NCBI GenBank assembly: GCA_030390025.1
Contig: CM059432.1
Location: forward strand, 135,968,001-136,032,000
Reading direction: 5' to 3'
Source: Squalus acanthias
Taxonomy: Eukaryota
Length of the DNA stretch: 64,000 bases
A program made the position numbers and the translations under genes. Shown here in pieces: positions 12,120 to 23,600 of the stretch (its first letter is position 1; each line of letters opens with the position of its first letter). Below the pieces are notes generated by a model that saw only the letters and a program-made list of their open reading frames with translations, searched no databases and had not been told where the DNA came from.

Positions 12120-12581
12120 ACAACAGAAAACGCTGGAAAAACTCAGCAGGCCAGGCAGCATCCGTGGAGAGAGAAAGAGAGTTAACATTTCAGGTCGATG
12201 ACCTTTCATCAGAACTGGGAAGAGCCGGAAATCAAATAGATTTAAGGCCAGGGTAAAGCTGGGAAAAGGGGGAGGGGATAAAGGAACAAAGGTGGAGATG
12301 AAGAGACATTAAGAGATATGCAAGGCTAGAGGTGGTGTTAATGTGACAGATTAAGGCTGAATGAAGTGTGAAATCCACTGGCAGAATGATGGACAGCTGC
12401 CAGCTTCTAGGAGGAAAAAAAAGGTGGGGGGGGACAAATAAAAGGGTGGATAAAATAAAATATAAATGCGATTGGAGCTGAGGTTATGATCTAAAATTGT
12501 TGAACTCGATATTGAGTCCAGAGGGCTGTAGCGTGCCTAAACGAAAGATGAGGTGCTGTTCCTCGAGCTTACGCTGAGCTT
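12120..12581 (-). mobile_element. Penelope (family 2) 3' fragment: GIY-YIG C-terminus and terminal repeat
   Basis: Minus strand encodes EAQRKLEEQHLIFRLGTLQPSGLNIEFNNFRS*; terminal part matches 10784-10880; CCTTAATA repeated at 12112-12119 and 12582-12589. Confidence 0.85.
12180..12216 (-). ncRNA. Minimal type I hammerhead ribozyme
   Basis: AGUU-CUGAUGA-AAGGUC(AUC)GACCU-GAAA-UGUU-AACU; stem I AGUU/AACU. Confidence 0.75.
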
Positions 12582-12649
12582 CCTTAATATCAAATCCATG
12601 AGATTTTTTCCTTATGCTTTAAGGTAAGCGAGTCTTACTCCAATTATAT

Positions 12650-12957
12650 CTCTTCTCTTAGGCAGTCCCTCAGAACCGAGGATGACTTGCTTCCACATTA
12701 AAAATGAGTTCTCAGGTGACTGATGAGTCCAATGCGGGACCTACAGTCTCTGTCACAGGTGGGGCAGACGGTGGTTGAAGGGGCGGTTGGGTGGGGTGCT
12801 TGGGTTGATGTGCGCTCCTTGTGCTGCCTGCGCTTGGCTTCCGCTTGCTCCCGGTGAAGAGACTCGAGGTGTTCGGCGTCTTCCCGGATGCTTCTCCTGC
12901 ACTTTGTGCGGTCTTGGGCCAGGGATTCCCAGGTGTCGGTGGGGATGTTACACTTTT
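12650..12957 (-). mobile_element. RTE-clade LINE 3' fragment
   Basis: DTWESLAQDRTK...CPTCDRDCRSRIGLISHLRTH (C-terminal zinc finger) and short AAG-type tail. Confidence 0.9.
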
Positions 12958-13544
12958 TAGGACCTTGGTGAGACCATACCTGGAGTACTGTGTACAATTT
13001 TGGTCTCCTTACCAAAGGAAGGGTAGACTTGCCATAGAGGGAGTGCAACGAAGGTTCACGAGATTGATTCCTGGAATGGCAGGACTGTCGTATGAGAAGA
13101 GATTGAGTAAACTAGGCCTGTATTCTCTTGAATTCAGAAGAATGAGAGGGGATCTCATTGAAGCATACAAAATTATTACAGGGCTTGATAGGGTGGATGC
13201 TGGGAGAATGTTTCCCTTGGCTGGGGAGTCTAGAACCAGGGGCCACAGCCTCAGGATAAAGGGTAGGCCATTCAGGACTGAGATGAGAATAAATTTCTTC
13301 ACACAGAGGGTGGTGAATCTTTGGAATTCTCTACCCCAGAGGGCTGTGGAGGCTCAGTCATTGGGTATATTCAAAACAGAAGTCGATAGATTTCTGACTA
13401 GTAAGGGCATGAAGGGATATGGCGATAACGCCGGTGAATGGAGTTGAAGCAGAAGATCAGCCATGATCTCATTGAATAGCGGAGCAGGTTCGAAGGGCCG
13501 AATGGCCTACTCCTGCGCTCCTATTTCTTATGTTCTTATGTTCA
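12958..13544 (+). mobile_element. CR1 LINE 3' fragment
   Basis: RTLVRPYLEYCVQFWSPY...KGYGDNAGEWS*; (TTCTTATG)n tail. Confidence 0.92.
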
Positions 13545-14252
13545 TAAATAGATGAAATCAGATTTCAGACTGTTTCAGATCTCCATTCATTCTCAACGTT
13601 CTAAATCCTGTTTGAGCATCTTACTGTCAGCTCTCTTGACGGCCTCGTGTGGGTGCTTCCTGTCTTTCTCAATACACTTTGGGGGAGCTTTACAGGCAGG
13701 TCAGCTCTTTTTTTTACCTGTGCGTGGTATCCATTATCAAAATATGCTTTCATTGGAGAAAATATTTGGACTGATTCAGGATCAGAATGCAGGATAGCTT
13801 GGGAAATGCAGGGATGATCCAAGAATGACCGGAACTGTTCTATTCTAGGATGCGTGTACAATTTATAATATTTAAATTTAAAAATAGTTTTTCAGATGTG
13901 AGGCAGTTATATTTAGACTGTTAGCATATAAGATTTTTTTTAGAACTGGAAAAGACCATTCGGCCCAAGTGTTCCTTTTGTTTGATTCCCACCAACTCAC
14001 CTTCTCACCATATCCTTAAATTCTTTCTCCTCTCTAGAAATCCATCTGAATGCTCTTGAACCTATTTTGTAATGTTTGATGCAGCAACCTTTCCAGGTGT
14101 CTTATACCACCTTTCTTTTACCCTTTGTGCAAAACAAATTCCCCTTGAATTCCCTGCTTGCTCCTAATTTGACTTGATCTGCTCAAAATGAATGGAAAGG
14201 GGCATTGCCTTCACAAATAAATATTTGACTTTTTTTTGGTTTGTGACTATGC

Positions 14253-14885
14253 TTCTTCTTAGGCAGTCCCTCGGAACCGAGGATGACTTGCTTCCACACT
14301 ATAAAATGAGTTCTCAGGTGACTGATGAGTCCAATGCGGGACCTACAGTCTCTGTCACAGGTGGGGCAGACGCTGGTTGAAGGGGCGGGTGGGTGGGGTG
14401 CTTGGGTTGACGTGCGCTCCTTGCGCTGTTTGCGCTTGGCTTCTGCTTGCTCCCGGCGAAGAGACTCGAGGTGTTCGGCGCCTTCCCGGATGCTTCTCCT
14501 CCACTTTGTGCGGTCTTGGGCCAGGGTATCCCAGGTGTCAGTGGGGATGTTGCACTTTTTCAAGGAGGCTTTGAGGGTGCCCTTGAAGCGTTTCCTCTGC
14601 CCACCTGGGGCTCTCTTGCCGTGTCAGAGCTCCGAGTAGAGCGCTTGTTTTGGGATGCGGCATGCGGACGATGTGGCCCGTCCATCAGAGCTGATCGAGC
14701 ATGGCCAGAGCTTCGATGCTGGGGATGTTGGCCTGAGCGAGAACACTGACGTTGGTGCGCCTATCCTGCCAATGGATTTGCAGGATCTTGTGGAGGCAGT
14801 GTTGGTGGTACCTCTCCAGTGCTTTGAGGTGCCTGCTGTACATGGTCCATGTTTCTGAAGCATACAGGAGGGTGGGTATCACTAC
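14253..14885 (-). mobile_element. RTE-clade LINE, 5'-truncated
   Basis: IPTLLYASETWT...KILQIHWQD and C-terminal zinc finger; (AAG)n tail; TSD TGACTATGC at 14244-14252 and 14886-14894. Confidence 0.92.
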
Positions 14886-15069
14886 TGACTATGCGAGTGA
14901 TGGAGTGATGTGACTTATATCATTATGTCATATGTGGTAAACAAATGACAGGAAATGCTCGTTGGATTTTTCATGAAGAGGGAGTGCCTGGGCCCTTTAA
15001 AATGTCACAGGGATGAGTCAGTTCCTACCATAGGTTCCAAAAGATCTCCTCTATTTTTTTAAACTGCAT

Positions 15070-15742
15070 GGGGGGAATATTTACTTACCGACACACTGGG
15101 AGCAGGGAGGGGGGTCCTGTAGCGAGCGGGAAACCGGGATTTAACTCCACAGCGTGTGTCTTACATCATTGACAGTTTCCCTGCCTGGAAGTCAGCTTGA
15201 TTGACAGGCTTGGCTTCCAGCCGGGCGGGCGGCGCTCCAGAGGAGGCCGCAGGAGCAGGTAGATCTGATCCCCGACCCCGGGGCGGGGGGGGGGGTGTCA
15301 GATCCCTGACCCAGAAGGGGCGGAGGGGGGAATCTGATCCTGGGGGGTTTTGTATGGTGGTGGGGGGGATGCGGTCTGATGGTGGGGGAGCTTTTGGGGC
15401 CGGGAGGAAGCAGTCCTGCTCTTCCTGGCCCACAAGGAGTGCTCCCCGAGGCTGTCCTCACCTCGCTGTAGCCGCCGGGTTTCCCGAGGCCTGGGAAACC
15501 CGGCCGGCCACAGTAAAATCTGCACAGCAGGTTAAATCTGTGGCTTCCAGCCTACTTAACATATTTTAAATGCCAACCCGCCTCCTGGGAGTGGGGTTAG
15601 CCGCCCGCCCCTTGTCCTGCCTCAGTAAAACCCGGAAGTCGGCTGGTTGGAGCCGGCTTCCCGACATGCCTCGAATTTTTGGCCATTTAAACCCCCACCC
15701 GCACCCAATCCCATCTGCTCGCCCATGTTAAAATTCCCCCCC
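15070..15742. mobile_element. GC-rich non-autonomous DNA transposon (Harbinger-like MITE)
   Basis: Termini GGGGGGAATATTT and AAAATTCCCCCCC; GGCGGG-rich subterminal motifs; flanks CAT/TAT. Confidence 0.6.
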
Positions 15743-15849
15743 TATATCTCCATCATTAGGAAGTCCATTTGATCAGGAAAACAACCACTTGATGCCATGC
15801 TTTATACAAAGATAAGCAAGATGCAAAGCAAAGGCCCATAATGCAAGAG

Positions 15850-17110
15850 CCACCACATTGAAAAGGGTGAAACTGCTCAGGTCCCGGGGAAAGAATTAGT
15901 TTGGGTAAGATGACGCGCCATGAACTTTGAGTTCAACACAGTGAGCTTATAGGATGAAGAAGAGTGTGTCGGGCAGCATATTTACAGCTTGTGAGGAGCA
16001 AGAGAGGACAATTCAGAGGAGCGCTGATCATTGTAGTATTAATGAAATAGGGAGAGACAAGAGATGCTTAGAGAGAAATAAAAGAGGTTGGAGAATTGAG
16101 GTGTGAGAGGGAACACATAATGGATGCCAAATTTTTCTTGTATACCATCCAGTTGTTTGAGAGAGAGCATCCCCAGACAGTCAGTCTTCCAGCCTTAAAT
16201 GGTGTTAAGGTTTCATAAAGAGCTGAGTTGTTAAGAAAAAAGGAAATGTTGGACACAACAGAGTAAACCGAATTTCTTGGAGAGACAGTTTTAGCAATAG
16301 ATGAGATGTGGGAGTTCCTGTGAGGTGAGAGGAGATAGTGAGGGGCGTATTGGATAAAAAAAAGAAAGACTTGCATTTCTCTAGCACCTTTCATGACCTC
16401 AGGACGTCCCAAAGTGCTTTACAGCCACTGAAGTACTTTTTGAAGTGTAGTCACTGTTGTAATGTAGAAAACGCAGCAGCTATTTGCGCACAGCAATCTC
16501 CCACAAACAGCAACGTGACAATGTGTTTTAGTGATGTTGGTTGAGGAATTATTATTGACCAGGACACCGGTGATAACTCCCCTGCTCTTCTTTGAATTAG
16601 TGTCATGGGATCTTTTACATCCACCTGAGAGAGCAGATGGGGCCTCGGTTTAACGTCTCATCCGAAAGACAGCACCGCCGACAGTGCAGCACTCCCTCAG
16701 CACTGCACTGGAGTGTCAGCCTAGATGTTTGTGCTCAAGTCTCTGGAGTAGGACTTGAACCCACAACCTTCTGACTCTAGAGGTGAGAGTGCTACCACTG
16801 AGCCACGGCTGATGGACTAATGGTGGACCCATCAAAGCTAAGAAATAACAGTTAAGCTCGTGCGAGATATGGAAAAGTGTCTTTGAAGAACTTAAAGAAA
16901 TAGAACTGTCACTGCACCGTTGGTGTGGAGGCGATGAAGATGTAACAATTCAAACATTGCACTGTGAGAGGAATGAGGGTTGTGGGCACTGAGGGTGATT
17001 CATCTGCAGGAAGTTAATAAATGTAGACCGAAATCATTCGCAAAAAAAGTGGATAGGGCTGGATGATGCGTGGATGAGGTCAATCAAAAAATATACTGAG
17101 AATGAGCTTC
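15850..17110 (-). mobile_element. Ancient, highly decayed LINE RT fragment split by a DeuSINE
   Basis: Minus strand gives IDLIHASSSPIHFF/ANDFGLH (INDL...FADD-like, frameshifted) near 17030-17100 and NSHISSIAKTVS near 16280-16320. Confidence 0.55.
16356..16812 (-). mobile_element. DeuSINE, full length
   Basis: Complete head, core and tail on the minus strand. Confidence 0.9.
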
Positions 17111-17854
17111 AACTGTAGCACAGATAAACTAGATACCCATGTTTGAGAGGTAACAGCTATGGATATAGCTTTGATTGGATGCCATATATAATCTTGGGGT
17201 CGACTCTGATTCACCTGCCCAGCAGTAGCTGGACGAGGAGCAAAGTTAAAATGGAGTGGCAGGACTTACCCAATCTGTTCCCGCACCAATTTGGCCAACC
17301 ACAATTTTAAATGGCAAACGCCAAGGACAACCACTCGAAGCCAATGGGGGTCCTTCTTTAAATATGCAGATGGTGCTCTGTTAACATCATTGGGGCCCAA
17401 CTGCTATTTATACCTGAGGCCTGAGTAGGGGACCAGTGGTGGTGGCTTCCTCACCAGGCCAAAGCTGTCGGGATCTGGATAAGTAGAGACACAGGTAAGT
17501 ATAATTTTTTTTTACAGGTTTTCTTATGAGCCAGGACAAGCAGGAGTGGGTCGTACAAGGAAACCTCGGGCCTCTGCTACCCTAGTCTTCCCCCGCCCCC
17601 CCGACTGCGATTTCTCTCCCTGAGCCCCCAGATGCACTTACCTTGCGTTAGGGACCATTCCCCTGGTGCCCGCCCGATTTTGACATCCAGGACAGTCGCT
17701 TCCTGCCGACTTCCTGGATGTTTTAATTGGGAAGTTAGCAAAAAGCCTGCAATAGAGGCCCGGCCTCCCTACTGTTTCTCACCAATGGGCCTCTTTGAAG
17801 TTCAACTTTGAAAAATTTGATTCAATTCATTATATACTTTGTGATGCACATTTA

Positions 17855-18502
17855 GGGCTGGATTTTTATTGACCCGTGGAGGCGGATTTGGAGGCGTGTG
17901 GGGGGTTAAAATTGCGAAAACTGGCGGGTGGGCACAAGCCCGCCTCCACGCAATTTTCATTAAATCGTGTCTGCTGGTCCCGACTCCGTCCCACCTCTAA
18001 GAGGCGGGATAGGCTGTTAAGGCCCTTAACAAGCACTAAATTGCCTCTATAATGCCATTTTGAAAGGCCTTTGTGATTTTAACCCTTTTTCTACGTGAAG
18101 CACGCCTGTTCTGAACCACGATTGTGAAACCTGGTGGGCGCACATTTGGAGCGGGGCTGGCTGGCCGATCTGGGAGCGGTGGTGAATGGGAGACATATCT
18201 GGGAGTGGTGGTGTAAAAATATCTGGGAGCAGACTTCGGGCTGCTGCTGCTCATTTTGCATCCAGGTCCTCTCACAGCAAAGGCCAGGCAGTCTCTGACC
18301 TTCAATACAGCAGCAATGATGACATTATCAGAGGCGACTTTCAGACTGAACACTAATTGGTTCATGGGTTCCCACATGCTGGAACTCAATTGCCCAATTA
18401 GGTGAAAATTGCATCAATCTCCCACATCCAATTGCAGTCGGGTGGATAACACGAAATGCGGATGACACGACCCCAACCCGCCCCAGTATCAAAATCCAGC
18501 CC
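17855..18502. mobile_element. PIF/Harbinger MITE
   Basis: Perfect 12-bp TIR GGGCTGGATTTT/AAAATCCAGCCC with TTA target duplication (17852-17854, 18503-18505); first ~220 bp homologous to 63194-63430. Confidence 0.9.
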
Positions 18503-20559
18503 TTAATGTCCAATCTTTATATTTATCAGTGTTAGAATTTTATTTAGCTTTTCAGTTGTATTACCAATGGCAACTCTTTTTTTATTCTGCATGGGTGAAT
18601 TTTATAAATGCGCATTACTGGTTTTACCCGTCGGGAGAACATATCAGGAATTTGGGCATGGACAGCGGAGCCGCAGAAATTTCCCTCCAAAAATCACTTT
18701 TTTGTTGGTCAGGCAGGTCAAGACCAACAGAACGTAGGGTTCCACACTGCTTCGGCTGGATTACACTTCGAACCATCCAGTGGCTTCAATGGCTATTTGG
18801 TCTGAGTCAGCTGACCTCCCCCCGAGTGGCCTGTGTCATGGAGGAAAGAATATGGGCAGGGTTCCTCGCTCCTGAATTTCTATCCAGCCGTCCGTCTTAG
18901 AAGTCCACGTCTGTGATGCCCCCATGCTTGAACAACCTGCTTGACAAGGCACTCGTCTATCTTGAACAAGCTTGTAGACCAGCCTGCCATGGTGAGATGT
19001 CGGTGGAGAGAAGAGAAAACCAGCACAGCTGACGTGCTTCACTGCCGACCCCCGTACGAGCTTCCATCGGCTGGTCACAGGCAACATTGACAGTAGTCTG
19101 ACTCAAGACCTCCCTGACTGAATATGATGCCCAAATTGTTACTTAAAATACCCCTCTCCCCAAACAAAATATAAAGTAAAACTGTGTAAGATGTCACATT
19201 ATCGGTAAAAAAATTATTATAATAACAATGTTTCTAGATTTTTGAACCTTTTCCCAAGTCGCTTTAAACTCCAGTATCTTGGAAGCAAAGTGCACACTAA
19301 ATCATTTTAATAAGCCTCAGGCAGAATTGGGAAATTTAACGTGACTATTATGTCTCAAAGCAAAACTTAAAAACAAAATTTTAAGACCCAGTAGGAAATA
19401 CTGTGGCGGCGAATTAGTGTAATAATCAGAAAGATTTCGACCTTCACTGTTGCTCCTCCCTTTTATTTTTTTTGTTGTTGCTCTTCGGAAGGCTTATGGA
19501 TTTTTTACTCTCTGCACTCAGTGGTCTGAGAAAGGTCATTAAGGGCACACCCGTAGTACGGAATGATATAAACAGTCATCTGAAGACCACAGCAAATCAA
19601 TCATAATTAACACTCTCAGCTACTTCCTGGATACAAAACCTCTGGAGTGAAAGGTCAATGAGAAGGATCAGTGGACAATCTGCAGAAACGGAGCAAACAG
19701 GTTTAACGGCTTCAGTTCTATGTTGGGTCACCCTCCGCCCCCGATTGCCTCTCGCACTTAACGTGCATGCTGAAGAAATGTCATTAAAGAAAAGTTACAG
19801 AAGAGGCCGTGTGTGTTAAGGTTTTCAAATAAAGTTGCTTCCTGTTAAGCGCACAACATGCTTTCCACAAATAATTATTTTGCCAGGAATATTTGTGCAA
19901 CTCTCTCTGTTCCTCTCACCAGGCACCCTTTATTGATCGAGATCAAAGGGCAGATAGTGGTGAATGGTGCCAATTAAACGCAGATAATATTAATGCTGAT
20001 AAAGTCAAGATTGAATGATTTAAATGGCTTGCCTCTTGAATGCAGCCATCCAAGCAGCTACATCAGTGGAAAGTTTATCAATATCCAGTAAATGAACTTC
20101 CAATACTTTGGGCCTGAAATTCCTGGGGATCCATTCACGCTGGCGTAAGTGGGACACGGGAGCGGAACCCCAAGTCCGTCCTAGCCCCAAGCCAGAGGCT
20201 GCATCCTAAATCCCAGGGACAGGGTCACTCGCGTGGCCTGAATGTGCAGGTTGCGCCTGCAAGAGCGCATCAGCCGCACCTACTCTGAGTCGCCAGCTGG
20301 AATGTTGGAGTGGCGTCACATACGTGGCCTCTTCCCATCTTCCGGTCCCAGTGGACCTCTTGGGGAAGGTTATTGATTCCCACTGGAGCCCAGGAGTTTG
20401 GGGCTTTTCGACTTCTTGGGCTCGATTTTAATTCCCGAGGCGGGTTGGAGTCGGGTTGCGTGGTGGGCGGGTTCGGGAGCTGCTTCCGGCGGGATCAGCT
20501 GCAGAGTTGTGATTTTTATTAAAGTACCTTGTTAATTTCATGGCGGTGCGCTGGCCGGT

Positions 20560-20624
20560 CCAATGAGTGGGATCGGGTCGGCTGGCCACCTCTGATGACG
20601 TCATAATAGCAGCTCCTTTTAAAG
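20560..20624 (+). promoter_or_regulatory. Putative Pol II promoter of the Myb/SANT gene
   Basis: CCAAT at 20560, palindromic CRE ATGACGTCAT at 20595-20604, TTTTAAAG at 20617-20624; ATG at 20680. Confidence 0.5.
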
Positions 20625-20679
20625 CTGCCATCCAGCCTGAGCCTTTCCATTGTGGTTTCCTGCACTTCTTTTCAAAGCT

Positions 20680-23600
20680 ATGACTTCTTCCAGAGGCAAG
20701 GCAGCACTCGTTTTAATGATGAGTCCCTCCAAGTTCTTGTTGATTCTGTCAGAGGGCGCAGGGAGATTCTCTTCCCTCCTGATGGCCGGAGGAAGCCTCC
20801 TCAGCAGACCAAGGCAGCCTGGCTGCGCATTGCTCAGGAGGTGAGCACAAGGTCCATTTATGCACGCTCATGGATCCAGTGCCGCAAAAGGTTTAATGAT
20901 CTTGTAAAAACATCAGAAGTGAGTATCCCATCTCACTTGCCTTCACTCTGCTTCCCTTCTCTTCTCATCACCGGCACTCTGCGTTGTAAGCCTCCTCCTT
21001 CACATCCCACCTTACTCTTAATTCCCTTGCACCCTTTCCTATCCATCTCTGTCTCTGCACTGAATCACTTCAGCATCCTGCCTATGCACCCTTTAGACTC
21101 GCTCTCACTGTCATGCAGTGACAACAACTAACAACGCACAGGGAGCTACCTTCCTCTTGGCACCTTACCCCATCTTCGTCTCACTCAAAGCTTCTATGGT
21201 AGGGACTAATCACACTCACTCCATCACTGTGGCTGAAACACTGCTTGTGTCCCTCCTTGCAGGAAAAGATAGCCCACAATAAGAGGGAGAGAGCACTGAC
21301 TGGAGGAGGAACACCTACCCTTGCAACATTGACCAGTGCTGAGGAGGCAGCAACGAGATTGTTGGAGGTGGCGAGGATCTGGAAGTGGGCGATGGAGAGA
21401 CGGGCACACTAGAGGAAGCTGGTGACATAATAGAGTTTCATCCCTCTCAGAAAGCAATGGAATATGATGTTCATAGAGAATCGCTTTGAATCATTTGCTC
21501 AAAAGGATGTGTCTGCTACATCAATATCAGATGTCTAATTCAAGATTTTTTTTAAATTCGTTTATGGGATGTGGGTGTCGCTGGCAAGGCCAGCATTTAT
21601 TTCCCATCCCTAATTGCCCTTGAGAAGGTGGTGGTGAGCCACCGTCTTGAACCGCTGCAGTCCGTGTGGTGAAGGTACTCCCACAGTGCTGTTAGGTAGG
21701 GAGTTCCAGGATTTTGACCCAGCGACGATGAAGGATCGGCGATATACTTCTAAGTCAGGATGGTGTGTGACTTGGAGGGGAACTTGGAGGTGGTGGTGTT
21801 CCCATGCACCTGCTGCCCTTGTCCTTCTAGGTGGAAGAGGTCGCGGGTTTGGGAGGTGCTGCCAAAGAAGCCTTGGCGAGTTGCTGCAGTGCATCTTGTA
21901 GATGGTACACACTGTAGCCACGGTACGCCGGTGGTGGAGGGAGTGAATGTTTAAGGTGGTGGATGGGGTGCCAATCAAGCGGGCTGCTTTGTTCTGGCTG
22001 GTGTTGAGCTTCTTGAGTGTTGTTGGAGCTGCACTCATCCAGGCAAGTGGAGAGTATTCCATCATACTCCTTACTTGTGCCTTGTAGATGGTGGAAAGGC
22101 TTTGGGGAGTCAGGAGGTGAGACACTCGCCACAGAATACCTAGCCTCTGACCTGCTCTTGTTTCCACAGTATTTATGTAGCTGGTCCAGTTAAGTTTCTG
22201 GTCAATGGTGACCCCCAGGATGTTGATAGTGGGGGATTTGGCGATGGTAATGCCGTTGAACATCATGGGGAGGTGGTTAGACTCTCGCTTGTTGGAGATA
22301 GTCATTGCCTGGCGCATCTGTGACGTGAATGTTACCTGCCACTTATCAGCCCAAGCCTGAACGTCACCCAGGTCTTGTTGTATGTGGGCATGGACTGCTT
22401 CATTATTTGAGGAGTTGTGAATGGCACTGAACACTGTGCAGTCATCAGCGACCATCCCCATTTCTGACCTTATGTTGGAGGGAAGGTCATTAATGAAAAA
22501 GCTGAAGATGGTTGGGCCTAGGACACTGCCCTGAGGAACTCCTGCAGTGATGTCCTGGGGCTGTGATGATTGACCTTCAACCACCACAACCATCTTCCTT
22601 TGTGCTAGGTATGACTCCAGCCAGTGTAGTGTTTTTCCCTGATTCCCATTGACGTCAGTTTTACTAGGGCTCCTTAATGCCACACTCGGTCAAATGCTGC
22701 CTTGATGTCAAGGGCAGTCACTCTCGCCTTACCTCTGGAATTCAGCTCCTTTGTCCATGTTTGGACCAAGGCTGTAATGAGGTCGGGAGCCAAGTGGTCT
22801 TGGAGGAACCCAAACTGGGCATCAGTGAGTAGGTTATTGGTGAGTAAGTGCCGCTTGATAGCACTGTCGATGACACCTCCCATCACTTTGCTGATGATTG
22901 AGAGTAGACTGATAGGGTGGTAATTGGCCAGGTTGGATTTGTCCTGCTTTTTGTGGACAGGACATACCTGGGCAGTTTTCCACATTATTGGGTAGATGCC
23001 AGTGTTGTAGCTGTATTGTACAGCTTGGCTAGAGGTGCGGCTAGTTCTGGAGCACAAGTCTTCAGCACGATAGCCAGGATGTTGTCGGGGCCCATAGCCT
23101 TTGCTGTATCAGTGCGCTGAGCCGTTTCTTGATATCATGTGGAGTGAATCGAATTGGCTGAAGACTGGTTTCTGTGATGGTGGGGACCTCAGGAGTAGGC
23201 CGATATGGATCATCCACTCGGCACTTCTGGCTGAAGATGGTTGCAAACGCTTCAGCCTTGTCTTTTGCACTGACGTGCTGGGCTCCAACATCATTGAGGA
23301 GGGGGATATTCATGGAGCCTCCTCCTCCCATTAGTTGTTTAATGGTCCACCACCATTCACAACTGGATGTGACAGTACTGCAGAGCTTTGATCTGATCCG
23401 TTGATTGTAGGATTGCTTAGCCCTGTCTATAGCATGCTGCTTCCGCTTTTTAGCATGCATGTAGTCCTGTGTTGCAGCTTCCCCAGGTTGGCACCTCATC
23501 TTTAGGTATGCCTGGTGCTGCTCCTGGCATGCTCTTCTACACTCCTTATTGAACCAGGGTTGGTCCCCTGGCTTGGTGGTAATGGTAGAGTGAGGGATAT

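Noticed and set aside
12719..12750. CTGATGAGTCC as a hammerhead core (also ~14322)
   Set aside because: No GAAA follows the stem; it is the antisense of RTE coding sequence (IGLISH).
20652..21131. Myb/SANT ORF as a domesticated host gene (NAIF1/MSANTD-like)
   Set aside because: It lies within perfect TIRs, has two frameshifts, has a LINE inserted at the exon 3 acceptor, and has a transposon-borne paralogue in the same window.
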